In this document: positions 12,890 to 26,120 of the stretch, in pieces | How positions within the stretch are numbered: position 1 is the first letter of the stretch | Layout of the letters: every line of letters begins with the position of its first letter | From: Octopus sinensis | Lineage: Eukaryota | DNA length: 64,000 nucleotides | NCBI RefSeq assembly: GCF_006345805.1 | Contig: NC_043011.1 | Span: 25,618,464-25,682,463 of the forward strand | Direction of reading: 5' to 3' | Position numbers and translations under genes: made by a program | Notes under the pieces: model-generated | The model's database searches: none | What the model was told of the DNA's origin: nothing | The model's input: only the letters and a program-made list of their open reading frames with translations

Positions 12890-14667
12890 ATATAAAGCAA
12901 TAGTTACCAACTTTTCTATTAAGAAGGAGACCCTGTTTCTCAGATGAACTTTTTCATGGACTCATGAAGTGAGTAGATCCCAACTTGGGATTCACTGAAA
13001 TTATGTGCCCTTTTTTTGTCTGTTTGTCCATTTGTGGTTTAGAAGCTTGCCTTGTGACATGTTGTTTTGGGTTCAGTCCTACAGTGTAGCACCTTGGGTG
13101 GGTGTCTTCTACTACAACCCTGGACCGACCAAAGCCTTAGGAATAAATTGGAAGACAAACTGAGTGGAAGCCTGTTGTATGTATGTATGTATGTATGTAT
13201 GTATGTATGTATGTATGTATGTATCATGTGGTGCCATGTAAAATCACTCTGCATACTCTGTAAAGTGGTTAGCATTTGGAAGTAGAAACCATGCCAAATC
13301 AGACTGGGGTGCCAAATCAGCTCTGGTCACACTGTCCAACCCATGCCAGCATGTACGATGGATGTTAAATGATGGTGATGATGTGTATGTATGCATATAT
13401 GTATATGCTTTTGTGTTTGTTTTCCACCCTCTTCCCCACAATCCACCCTACTGCTTGACAACTGGTGTTGTTTTGTTTATGTCTCTGTAACTTAATGGTT
13501 TGGCAAAAGAGACCAAGAGAGTAAGTTCCAGATTTTTAAAAAAGTACCAGACTAAAAAAAAAAATAAATAAAAAAGTATGGGGGTTGATGTGTTCGACTA
13601 AATCTTTCTAACTAGTGCCCCAGCATGGCTGCAGTTCACTGATTGAAACAAGTGGGAAAAAGTTCGTAGGGTGTGGATTTGAAGGAGACAGCTAGAATTC
13701 CAGTCAGTTATATCTTTAGTTAATCTTTAGTTATAACTCTTTACGTTCTGAGTTCAAATCTTACCAAGGTCATCTTAACCTTTTGTCTATCTGAAGGAAA
13801 GACATTACTGTCTCAAGTTCTAAAACTCATAACATCAGTTACCCAGTTTTCATGGCATTATAAATGACTGAGATCACAACATTCTCCCACTGAAAAGAAA
13901 GCCAGTCAATCACAGAGTTACTCATTTACAACAGCGTAGACTGAAACAACAAAAAAATGCACCACGTGGTCCAAGAATTGAAACCGTGATCTTGCACTTG
14001 TGAGTGCAACACTCTAACCATTAGGCCAAGCACCTTCCGAGGAAAAGGTGAGGGGGCCCAATAAAATTACGTACCAATCATGTACTGGGGGTCTGTTTAC
14101 ATTCCCATAATGCCTGCTCTCCCCATGTGTGAATGGAATTGTAAAAGAAATAATGACAATAGAGGTCAGTAGCATAGATGGTGATGGAGTAATGGGAGTA
14201 GTTTGCCCTAGGGGATTCTTCTATAAGGGTAGCACTTTTGGGTTTGCTATATGAGCCTGTATAGGCTGTATAGGCCCTGGGGCAAGTAGATAGCAAAGTC
14301 AAAGACTGACCTAGGTGGTACACACTTTAGTTATGCCACTGGTGGAAATGTAGTCATAGTAAGAATAGTATTAGTTTAGCTTTTGGTATAACTCTGATCA
14401 ATTAGATATGTTACTCGATCAAAAGCCGCCCAAGCGTGACCAACAAGTTTTATTTTTGTTTCTTAATTCATTTCAGATTCTGTAATTAATCTTTTTTTCA
14501 TCTTTCCGTTTTTATCTTTTACTTGTTTCAGTTATTGAACAGTGGACCATGCTGGAACACCACTTGAAGGGCTTGTTTTAGTTGAACAAATTGATTCCTG
14601 TACTTACTGCTTTTTAGGTCTGGTGCTTATTCTAGCGGTCCTTTTGCCAAACTGCTAGTGGAGGGAG

Positions 14668-15051
14668 TGGAGGCGCAATGGCCCAGTGGTTAGGGCAGTG
14701 GACTCACGGTCGTAGGATCGCAGTTTTGATTCCCAGACCGGGCGTTGTGAGTGTTTATTGAGCGAAAACACCTAAAGCTCCACGAGGCTCCGGCAGAGAT
14801 GGTGGTGATCCCTGCTGTACTCTTTCACCACAACTTTCTCTCACTCTTACTTCCTGTTTCTGTTGTACCTGTATTTCAAAGGGCCGGCCTTGTCACTCTC
14901 TGTGTCACGCTGAATATCCCCGAGAACTGCGTTAAGGGTACACATGTCTGTGGAGTGCTCAGCCACTTACACGTTAATTTCACGAGCAGGCTGTTCCGTT
15001 GATCAGATCAACCGGAACCCTCGTCGTCGTAACCGACGGAGTGCTTCCAAA
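14668..15051 (+). mobile_element. tRNA-derived SINE (ggaggcgcaatggcccagtggttaggg head)
   Basis: A/B-box tRNA-like head, 11-bp TSD agtggagggag. The same head occurs at 21808, 48801, 59748 (+) and 21284-21580 (-). Confidence 0.85.
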
Positions 15052-15453
15052 AGTGGAGGGAGCAAACACACACACACACACACATGAAGGCATGTGGCTT
15101 AGAGATTAGGGTGGTGTACTCATGATCGTAAGATTGTGGTTTCAGTTCCTGGACCGGATGATATGTTATATTCTTGAGTAACCCTTTGTTTTACATGGCT
15201 CCTGTCAACTCAGCCAGCAAAAATGAGCATTCCCGTGACAGACCAGTGATCCACCCAGGGTGGAGAATACATACTCTGCAGAATCCAGGAAACCAGCCTT
15301 ATGGCTCAGGGAAGACCTTTTACCTTGTAACATCCAACACATATTTTAATTTTTATTCTCATATTTCCCTTTATAATTCCTCTGTCTCTCCCTTTCCAAA
15401 ATAACTTCTTATATTCACCTCTACCATACCCTTCTATTTAACTCTCTCATATT

Positions 15454-15501
15454 GCCTCTGATAATGGGATATCCCTCATATCCCTGAAACAGCTGTAAGA
15501 C
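15454..15501 (+). ncRNA. Decayed hammerhead motif (core CUGAUAA)
   Basis: GCCT-CTGATAA-T-GGGATAT ccctc ATATCCC-T-GAAA-CAGCTG-TA-AGAC; 7-bp stem II and palindromic stem III. Confidence 0.55.
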
Positions 15502-15566
15502 TACCTTTCCTTTTATAAATGTCCTAGAAATTTCACACAGCCTTGGTTTTGTTGTCACATTTTATT

Positions 15567-15599
<33 letters not shown>

Positions 15600-15917
15600 G
15601 CTTCTACACAGTTTCCATCTACTAAATTTGTCAACAAGGTTTTGGTTGGCCTGGGGCTATAGTAGAAGGCATTAGCCCAAGGTACCAGGCAATGTGACTG
15701 AACATAAAACTACGCGGTAGCAAAGCAAGCATGGTTTGAAGGTAATTTGGTTGTTATTATTAACTGGTCAAGTGACCACTAAGTGGTTTCCTCAGTCGTA
15801 GTAGTAGCAGCAGTAGTAATTATTGTTGTTGTTTAGCCCAAGGTTAATTCTCGCCGAGCTTTCCAGCAGTAATCACCCCTATCTTTTTTTTAAGGGTATG
15901 ATGTCTAGGAATACATT

Positions 15918-16310
15918 GGCAGAAATGTTATCACGCTGGGCGAAATGCTTAGCGGTATTTCGTCTGCCGCTACGTTCTGAGTTCAAATTCCGCCGAGGTC
16001 GACTTTGCCTTTCATCCTTTCGGGGTCGATTAAATAAGTACCAGTTACGCACTGGGGTCGATATAAGCGACTTAATCCGTTTGTCTGTCCTTGTTTGGCC
16101 TCTCTGTGTTTAGCCCCTTGTGGGTAGTAAAGAAATAGGTATGTCGTCTGCTGCTACGTTCTGAGTTCAAATTCCGCCGAGATCGACTTTGCCTTTCATC
16201 CTTTCGGGGTTGCTAAATTAAGTACCAGTTGCGTACAGGGGTCGATCTAATCGACTGGCCCTCTCCCCCCAAATTTCAGGCCTTGTGCCTAGAGTAGAAA
16301 AGATTATATT
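15918..16310 (+). mobile_element. Tandem pair of SINEs of the ggcggtgagctggcagaa family
   Basis: Core ctttgcctttcatcctttcggggtcgat..aaataagtaccag. Other copies at about 1080, 1345, 11250, 20540, 21130, 27700(-), 31757, 38000(-), 53473-53707(-, 12-bp TSD), 55185, 55897 and 60205(-). Confidence 0.85.
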
Positions 16311-16320
16311 GTCAAGCATG

Positions 16321-17490
16321 TGTGTTCGTCCCTTAAGTTGGTAGAGAAGTGTGATTTGAGTACGGATTTGACTGCTATTTCGTGTGACAACGTAGAGACT
16401 CTCACTTTCTCTTTCTCTCCCGTGTCTTGAGTAATCATAGTATTTGTTGTAGTGGTGATAGTAGTAGTATTAGTAGGAGGAGGAAGAGAACGAGTAGAGG
16501 GCGAAGTGAAATGTCAGCTGGATCCGGCGGCAGACAACAAACATACGTACATACTTATATACGCACTGACAGACAGACAAGAAACAGCTCGACACACTGA
16601 ATGACCAAGAAGAAGAAGAAGAAGAGAAAAAAGAGGAAAATAAAAATCGTTTAATAATAACAACTCTGGCGATTGGTTTCTTCTTCCAGACAGTTCTACC
16701 GGCAAACATAGCCATGTCACGTCGACTGAACGAGACAGGTGCTGATTAGCAGACAAGAATGGCCCTATTCTTGGATACACTGGACTATAGAGTGACCAAC
16801 ATATGGACAGGTGGACAGCCAAGTGAATAATACGGACTAAATTTGGATAGCTGTGTGCTTGAAGTAAAGGTCGTCGTAGAATTTTGGAAATATGGAATGT
16901 ACTGGAATAATCTAATCAACAAAATTCTAATCTTCAGTCTTTAGAATTTCGCCTGTTACTTTACCCCTTACCTTCACGCATTCATTTAGCGTCCACACGC
17001 ACATATTCATACTCACACACACACACACACACGCATATTGCGTGTGAATATATACGCACCCACCACAGACACATCATACATTGCGTGTGTATATTACGCA
17101 CAAACAGAGACACACGCGTACGTTTACATACGTACGCATATATAAATTTACACACACGTTTCCATACAACGATTAGAACTGTTTCGATTTTAGTCTTTGT
17201 ATACAACATATACATATGCTTGTACACATATAGAACTGCCGAACATACACACGTGTGTACCACATACAAATATAGATTCTGAACATTTAAAACAACAACA
17301 AAAACAAAAACAAAAGAAATCCATTTAAGAAACCTTACTGAAACCGAAAGTAAAAGTAACCGGAACGTTATAAAGTGATAAAGAAATAGAAAAAGAGTGA
17401 AGATGGGTATTTTGATAACTTCTGAAGAATCTTCTGGCACTGCTTCCCCTTTACTTTTGAGTGAACATACCGATACAGTCTCAGATTGGT
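16321..17490 (+). promoter_or_regulatory. CpG-retentive island, candidate internal promoter
   Basis: 45 CpG in about 1.18 kb by hand count, versus about 7 in 18601-19800; mostly unique sequence, ending in the candidate exon. Confidence 0.5.
17403..17488 (+). CDS. Candidate alternative first coding exon: MGILITSEESSGTASPLLLSEHTDTVSD(W)
   Basis: aagATGG Kozak context, in-frame TAA upstream at 17379, purine-rich upstream sequence with no acceptor tract, TG|gtacgt phase-2 donor completing TGG with the 32107 exon; sits at the end of a CpG-rich region. Confidence 0.5.
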
Positions 17491-17509
17491 ACGTAGTACA
17501 CTGCAATTG

Positions 17510-18430
17510 GTGTAGTAGTGATGGTGTAGTTGTTGTTGTTGTAGTATAGTACAGTGTTTGTTGTGCTATGTTAAAGTTGTATGTTGGGATGGTTGGCGGT
17601 ATAGTACAGTGTTGTTGGTATTATAGTGGTGGTGGTACAGTACAGTGTTGTTGTTGTTGGTGGTGGTGGCATAGTACAATGTTGTTAGTGTAGTGGTGGT
17701 GGTATAGTTGTTGTGATAGTATAGTTATAGCACTGTGGTATGTTGCTTTTGTTGTTTGTATAGTGGTGGTGTACAGTACAGTGTGGTAGCATAGTACAGT
17801 TTGTGGTAGTATAATATACTACAGTTACTGTAGTTACAGCTGTGGTGGTATACTACAGTGTTGTGGCTATACTTAGTGTGGTACCATAGTACAGTGTCTT
17901 GTGTCATTGGAGCAGGGGCAGACTGAGAGTATTAAGGGCCCTTGGGCATAACTGTTTCCCGGGCCCCTTAGCATTGATATCAGTAGAGTTAACATGTAGA
18001 GTGCAGGCCCCTCAGAGTCCTGGGCCCTAGGGCAGTGCCTGATTAACCTATGGCTCAGTCTGTCCCTTGGATTGAAGGTAGCAGTATAGTACAGTGTTGT
18101 TAGTATAGTCTGATGTGAAGTTGTGGTGATAGTACAATATAGTAGTGTTGGTGTAGTGTAGTGTGTAGTTATAGTGGAGCTATAGTACAATGTAGTAGTG
18201 GTGGTACTGGTAGTTGTGGTCATATAAGACAATGGTGGTGGTAGCTGAGGTAGTATAGTACAGTGTTGTTGGTATTGTGGTGGCGTAATTGTATATTATA
18301 GTACAGTGTTGATAGTGGAGTGTTGTTGTTTTGGCAGTGTGTTAATGTTGTCATGTTGCTTTGGTTGGTAGTAGCACTGTAGAGCAATTGCAATGCAGTG
18401 TCATGTTAAGTTGTTGTTGTAGTAGTTGTG
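17510..18430. repeat. Degenerate gtagtatagtacagtgttg-type repeat
   Basis: Recurrent atagtacagtgt motif, interrupted by a MITE. Confidence 0.75.
17913..18069. mobile_element. hAT-like MITE
   Basis: TIRs caggggcagactgag / ctcagtctgtcccttg; 8-bp flanks cattggag / gattgaag match at 6 of 8 positions. Confidence 0.6.
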
Positions 18431-20714
18431 TGGTGTGGTGATGTTGTTGTTGGTGTTACAGTTTAACCCAAGGTCACCTCAACTCTGATCAAACAGACCT
18501 TTGATAAAAGGTGCTCTGGAAGTAACCGTAACCAACTCCCTAGTGTTTCTAGGACCACCTCATTTAATGTGTCCTTCTTTTTCTTAATTGAGAGAGGTTT
18601 AGCTGCTATTTCTAGTGGATTGAGAAACTGCATAGCAGCTACCTTGTTGACTTAAGCAATGTTATACAGTATGTCGTTGTTGTTTAACTCCAGGTCTATC
18701 CTTCCTGAACAAATATATAACAGTGTTCCAGCCATGGCTATCCCCATCTTATTTTCAAACCTAATATATCTTGAACTGCACAATCCAATGTGTTGTTCTT
18801 TGTATAAGATGGCACGGTGTAAATTGTGAGAGATTTGGCTGCTACTTCTAGCATGTTGTATGATCACTTGGAAGCTCCCCTCATTTGTTTGCATAACATT
18901 ATATTTGATGGCATATAAAACACACTTTTTCCCCTAAAAGATGTCTCAAAAACTTATTCCAAGTCCTATATGCACAGTTGGGCCTATATTACATCCTGTA
19001 ATGCACTGAAAACTTTTGTTTCCTGAATATACACTGTTGAAATTGGGGTGCATCTAATAATACCCATGCATATTTTATGTTACCAAATACGATATATAGC
19101 ATAGTTGGGTGTGATGTAATATAAATTGTCTGTATTGTTGTTATTCAGCCCAGGTCAACCTTGATTGAGATGACCAAGGCTTAAAGGCCTTCCAGCCATG
19201 ATCACCTTGTCTTTTTAAAGGAATATTTAGAATTACATTATTTTATGTGTCCTTTCTTTATTTTAGATTGTTGGAAGTGATTTGAAGGAGATTTGGCTGC
19301 TATTTCTAGCAGTTCAAGCGACCATGTAGAGGCTTCCAGTGTATTGTAGTTAAGTTGGTATGATGTTGTCCTGAGTTGTTGTTGGTATTACTATTATTAT
19401 TTAGCCCTGATAGAGTAGAACTATTGTCAGAGACATTCTCACCATGGCCATTTCATATTTTACTTCAGACATTGTACATCTTGGACTACTTTATCCAATG
19501 TATCTTTTCCTTTTTTTTTCAACTAGCAAGGTGTAATTTAAGGGAGATTTAACTATTCTTTCCAGCAGATTGAGAAACCGTATAGTGGCTTCTTGCTGGT
19601 CCATGTAGTGTAGTGGAATATCGTGTTGTGTTACACCATGTAATGTCTAGTAAAATTCATGTGGTGCTGTGTATTAGCATAGTGTTTTGTCAGATGTAGT
19701 ACTATTGTGTACTATAGTGTTATGTCATGTAGTGTAGTCTTATGACATGTGTAGTATTATGACATGTATTATGACGCATAGTATTCAACCATGTAGCACA
19801 GTGTTATGTGATGTAGTGTTAAGTCATGTGCTAATGTAGTGTGCTGTTATCTAGTCTCATTAGTGTTGTTGTGTAGTGTAACAACATGGTCTCAGTTCTT
19901 TTATACATGTAGTGTTTGTCATATATTTGTTTTTTTTTATTGCTTTTTGGCTCCACTTGATCACACCCACCCTCTCTCCTAAAATATGAGTTGTCACATA
20001 TCTCCTGTACTGCACGAAACCTGTTCTGCTCTGACCCTTTTTCTCTCATACTTTACCCCTCTCTTTGCCTTATTCTCCTAGCGTAAAGATGTTCCCCCTA
20101 CCTCAGGGTGCACAGTCTTACCAGCTGTGCAGTGGCCTCACTGGTGTTGTTGGCATAAAAAAAAAAAGAAGAAAGCACCCAGTTCACTCTGTAAAGTGAC
20201 TGGTAATAGGAAGCACATCCAAAATATAGAAACCATGCTAAAACAGATATTGGATTACAAAGCTGTCCTTGAGCCCATCAGGTCTTGTCAAACTGTCCCA
20301 CACATGCCCACATGGAACATGGATATTAAATGATGATGATGATCATCATCGTTTAGCGTCCACTTTCCATGCTAGCATGGGTTGGACGGTTCAACTGGGG
20401 TCTGGGAAGCCAGAAGGCTGCACCAGGCCCAGTTTGATCTGGCAATGTTTCTATGGCTGGATGCCCTTCCTAACGCCAAAATGATAATGATGATAATGAT
20501 AAATAATGTATTGTCGTTATTATATCATGTGTATAAGGTTGAGAGCTGGCAGGATAAAATGCTTAGTGGTATTTTATCCATCATCACTTTCTGAGTTCAA
20601 ATTCTGTCAAGGTCAACTTTGTCTTTCATCCTTTTAAGGGTCAATAAAATAAGTACCAGTTCAACATTGGGGTTAATGTAATCAACTGTCCCCTCTCCTG
20701 AAATTGCTGGCCTT

Positions 20715-21095
20715 ACTCTTTTACTTGTTTCAGTTATGTGACTGTGGCCATGCTAGAGCACCACCTTTAGTTGAGCAAATTGACCCCAGGACTTATTCTT
20801 TGTAAGCCTAGTACTTATTCTGTCGGTCTCTTTTGCCAAACTGCTAAGTTACGGGGACGTTAACACACCAGCATCGGTTGTCAAGCGATGTTGGGGGGAA
20901 AAACACACACATATATATATACATATATACGACGGGCTTCTTTCAGTTTCCGTCTACCAAATCAACGCACAAGGCTTTGGTCAGCCCAAGGCTATAGTAG
21001 AAGACACTTGCCCAAGGTGCTACGCAGTGGGACTGAACCTGGAACCATGTGGTTTGTAAGCAAGCTACTTACCACACAGCCACTCCTACGCCTTG
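20715..21095 (-). mobile_element. CORE-like SINE with central (CA/TA)n, representative copy
   Basis: gcaccttgggcaagtgtcttctactatagcc core. Other copies at about 13040, 22125, 32435(-), 33140(-), 43195(-), 50330, 50860, 54001, 56545(-), 59350(-) and 61400(-). Confidence 0.85.
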
Positions 21096-22271
21096 TGCGA
21101 AAATTTGAAACTATTATTATATCATGCATATAAGGTCCAAGCTGACAAAATCATTAGCATGCTGGGTAAGATGCTTAGTGGTATTTCATCCATCTTTGCA
21201 TCCTGAGTTCAAATTCTGGTGAGGTTGACTTAGTCTTTCATTCTTTTGGGGTTGATGAAATAAGTACCAGATGAGCACTTCTTCTTAATCCTTTTTGCCC
21301 TTTTTGGAGCATAAGGCCAATTTCCCAGTTTCCTTGGTGTATAGGTTTCCCACATGGATGGGCCGCCAGTCTGTCACAGGTGAGCTGCAAGATGCAGGAG
21401 GAAAGAGTGAGAGAAAGTTATGGCGAAAGAGTCAGCAGAAGTTCACCATTACCTTCTGGAGGTGCCACATGGAGCTTAGGTGTTTCACTCATAAACAAAC
21501 ACATTGCCTGGTCTGAGATTCGAACCCGCAATCCCTCGACCGTGAATCTGCTGCTCTAACCACTAGGCCATGTGCCTCCCGATGAGCACTGGGGTCAATG
21601 TAATTGACTAGCTCCTTCCCACCAAATGTTAGGCTGTGTTCCTATAGAAGAATGGATTATTATATCATGCATTAGATCAATCTTGTGTTGTGTTTATGTC
21701 ATGTGTGTAGTACTGTATCAGGAGTGTAGAATGGGATGTGTAGGCTGCACAGAACAGCTACTTTATGTACACACATAATGTGTGTGTGTGTGTATATATA
21801 TATATGTGGAGGCGCAATGGCCCAGTGGTTAGGGCAGCGGACTCGCGGTTGTAGGATCGCAGTTTCGATTCCCAGACCGGGCGTTGTGTGTGTTTGTTGA
21901 GCGAAAACACCTAAAAGCTCCACAAGGCTCTGGCGTGGGGGTGGTGATCCCTGCTGTACTCTTTCTTTCACTCTTTCTTCTGTTGGCCTGCTCGCTTAGC
22001 CAGAGGGGTGGCGTCATCTGAAGGCTAAAACAATGCGAACGCATTGTAACCAGTGATGTGTAGCAACATCTGATGGTCTGGTCGGTCATGTGATCATGTG
22101 ATATATATATATATAGGTGCAGGAATGGCTGTGTGGTAAGAAGTTTGCTTCCCAACCACATGGTTTTGGGGTCAGTCCAACTGCATGGCACCCTGAGCAA
22201 GTACTATAGCCTTGGGCCAACCAAAGCCTTGTGAGTGGATTTGGTAGGCAGAAACTGAAAGAAGCCTGTCT

Positions 22272-22304
<33 letters not shown>

Positions 22305-22500
22305 TTGTCTCTGTCCTCCACCACTGCTTGACAACTGTTACTGGTGTGTTTATGTCCCTGTAACATTAGCAGTTCTGCAAAAGAGACTGATAGAATAAGT
22401 ACCAGGCTTAAAAAAAAGTACTGGGTTGATTCATTCAATTAAAAATCTTCAAGCCTCAGTATGGCTGCAGTCTAATGACTGAAACTAATAACATAGAAAG

Positions 22501-22549
<49 letters not shown>

Positions 22550-22909
22550 CTTTGATACTTTGATAGGTTTCGGCCATTATTGGCCCAGGCCATGTCTAAC
22601 TTAATAGCACCACCTGGTATATATATATATATATATATACCACATACATATATACACATAATTATAATTAGGGTTCAGCTAACTGCTTCACCAAGATTAT
22701 TTTAACATACTGATCTACTTGGTAAAAAAATTGTTAATTAATTGATTAATGAATTAATTAATAAATTTTACCCTTCTATTATTAATTTAAAATTATATAT
22801 ATATAAATATATACATATATATATATATATATGTATATATTTATATATATATATATATACAGTTGCACATGTAGCTATGTGGTAAGAAGGTGCAGGGGGT
22901 GTATATATA

Positions 22910-25212
22910 TCATCATTATCATCGTTTAATGTCCGCTTTCCATGCTGGCATTGGTTGGACGGTTTGACTGAGGACTGGTGAGCCGGATGGCTGCACCAGG
23001 TTCCAATCTGATCTGGCAGAGTTTCTACAGCTGGATGCCTTTTCTAATGCCAACCACTCTGAGAGTGTAGTGGGCGCTTTTATGTGCCACTGGCACATGA
23101 GCCAGTCAGGCAGTACTGGCAATGGCCACACTCAAATAATGTTTTTTACATGCCACCTGCACAGGAGCCAGTCCAGCAGCACTGGCAACGACCTTGCTCG
23201 AATGTTTTTTCATATGCCAATAAGGCGATACTAGTAACGATCACACTCGAATGGTGCTTTTTATGTGCCACCGGCATGGAAGCCAGTTAGCTGCTCTGGC
23301 AACGATCATGCTCGGATGGTGCTCTTAGCACTTCACTAGCATGGATGCCAGTCATCGAATTTGATTTCGATTTCGATTTCACTTGCCTCAACAGGTCTTT
23401 GCAAGCAGAGTTTAGTGTCCAATGAAGGAAAGGTATGCATAAGTGGGCTGGTTACACCCCTGGCATAGGCCACGAAGTTATGGTCTCATTTGGCTTGCCG
23501 GGTCTTCTCAAGCACAGTGTATTTCCAAAAGTCTTGGTCACTTGTCATTGCCTCGGTGAGGCCTAATGTTTGAAGGTCATGCTTCACCACTTCATCCCAG
23601 GTCTTTTTGGGTCTACCTCTTCCACAGGTTCCCTCAACCACTAGAGTGTGGCACTTTTTCACACAGCTATCCTCATCCATTCTCACCACATGACCATACT
23701 AGTGCAGTCGTCTCTCTTGCACACTACATCTGATGCTCCTTAGGTCCAACTTTTCTCTCAAGGTACTTCCACTCTGTCGAGTATGCACACTGACATTACA
23801 CATCCATCGGTTAATACTGGCTTCATTCCTTGTGAGCTTACACATGTCCTCAGCAGTCACGGCCCATGTTTCACTGCCATGTAGCATGGTTGTTCATACA
23901 CATGCGTCATGCAGTCTATCATTTGCTCTGAGCGAGAGGCCCTTTGTCACCAGAAGAGGTAAGAGTTCTATGAACTTTTCCCAGGCTATTCTTATTCTAG
24001 CAGCTACACTTTCAGTGCACCCTCCCCCACTACTGACTAGGTCACCTAGGTAACGGAAGCTATCAACTACTTCTAGTTTTTCTCCCTGGAATGTGGCGGA
24101 AGTTGTTCTCTGCACATCTTCAGTGATTATTGCTCCTGAACATATGCCACATACAAAAACTATCTTCCCAGTTAGCCTTCCTTTGATATTGCTGCACCTC
24201 TTATGTGTCCATAGCTTACACTGGGTACATCTTATAGAATTTCTACCTACGCCTTTTCTACAGATTGACCTGAAGGGATTCGTGGTTTGCCTGCCTACTT
24301 ATTAGGACTTTGGTTTTAGCTAGGTTGACTCTAAGGCCCTTCGATTCTAATCCTTGTTTCCATACGTGAAACTTCTCCTCTAGTTCTGATAGTGACTCAG
24401 CAATTAGAGCAAGTTTGTCAGCATAGAGGAGCTCCCAGGGGCATCCTGTCTTGAATTCCTCTGTTATTATCTGGAGGACTATGATAAATAGGAGGGGGCT
24501 AAGGACTGAACCTTGGTGGTCCCCTACGTCGACCTGAATTCTTCACTGTACTCATTTCCAATGCTCACCATACTGACAGCATCCCTGTACATGGCTTGCG
24601 CAGCTCTCACTAACCATTCATCTATCCCTAGTTTCCTCATTGACCACCAGATAAGGGATCGGGGGACCCTGTCAAAGGCTTTCTCAATGTCAACAAAAGC
24701 CAGGTACAGAAGTTTATCTTTGGCTAGGTTTTTCTCCTGCAGCTGTCTTACCAGAAATATAGCATCAGTGGTGCTTTTTCTTTGCACGAACCCAGACTGC
24801 ATCTCATCTAAACTGACTTTCTCCCTAATTAGTTGGGCTATGACCCTCTCCATGACCTTATCTGATCCAACAACTTGATACCTCTGTAATTATTTGTATC
24901 TAGAGCATCACCTTTACCTTTGTAGTAGTTGACTATGGTGCTGCTACACCAGTCATTGGGTGTGACTCCTTTGTGTATCACCTGGTTAACTATATGGGTG
25001 ATTAGGCTATAGCCAACACTACCAGATATTTTGAGCATCTTTGCAGTGATTCCTGATGGGCTGGGGGCTTTCCCTGTCTTCATACTCTTCATTGCTTTAT
25101 CTACCAAGGTACTGTCAACTCAGATAGCTGGTCCCTCTGTTGGGTCGACATTCGACAGACTCTCTTTCTCCCATTCATTTTCTTTATTCAGCAACCTTTC
25201 ATAGTGGCAGCA

Positions 25213-25214
<2 letters not shown>
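22910..25214 (-). mobile_element. 5'-truncated, decayed RTE-clade LINE
   Basis: KTGKAPSPSG, KAFDRVPR, QGSVLSPLLF, YADK (for YADD), FRYLG, HGSETW, GRGRPKKTW; 3' UTR with tandem repeats and (GAT)n tail. Confidence 0.92.
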
Positions 25215-25274
<60 letters not shown>

Positions 25275-25821
25275 TGTTTACCTCCATATACATACAATAT
25301 ATAATATATACACACAGGGTGGCAAGTTGACAGAATTGTTACTGCATTGGAAATAGTGCTTAATGCCATTTCTTCCAACTTTATGATCTGAGTTTAAATG
25401 TCACTGGGGTCAAATTTGACTTTCATCCTTTCAGGGTTGATAAAATAAGTACCAGTGAGTACTGGGGTTGATGTAATTGACTTAATCCCACGTGCCAAAA
25501 TTTGAGACCAATATATTCGTACACACACAGACATTCTTCAGACATGCACACACATATACACTCACATTTGTTTAACCTTGAGACTCTACCAAAATAGTTA
25601 TATGTCAATATTATGTGTACCGTGAGGCTAGGAAAACCTTTAATTCAACAACTGACTGTCTTTAAGTGTTACTATCTTCATTACTTCCAACACCACCACA
25701 GCCTCCACTCCTACTCCCCCACCACCACCACTCTCAGCAAAGAGACCTTTGTATGATTGTTTAACCTTCTAGAAATAACAGTAAACTCACACTCTATCAT
25801 CTTAAATAAAGGACACATTAG

Positions 25822-26120
25822 CCCTTTTGTTACTGTATTTATTTTGAGATGCTCAGTGTTTTTTTCAGTTATTTAAATATAGTTTTCTACTAGCAATAAC
25901 CATGCCTTGGTTACACCTCATTGGCCATAACAAAGAATTACACCTCATTGGCATAACAAAGAATTTAGTAAAATAACTCAGTTATCATTAAGCTAGTGTT
26001 AGGAACAAATTGTGATGAAGATTTGGTGGAAGATTTTAATTCAAAACTTATGAAAACAATTTGTACTACATTTGTATTACAGAGCCAAAGCTTGTTTCAG
26101 GTGGGTTGGTAATGAAAGGG
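25822..26120. mobile_element. piggyBac-like MITE
   Basis: ttag|ccctttt ... aaaggg|ttaa; a related copy lies at about 33900-34128; internal 27-bp tandem duplication. Confidence 0.6.

Noticed and set aside
14668-14745. tRNA genes here and at 21808, 48801, 55680 and 59748
   Set aside because: The heads continue into SINE bodies with TSDs and cannot form a full cloverleaf.
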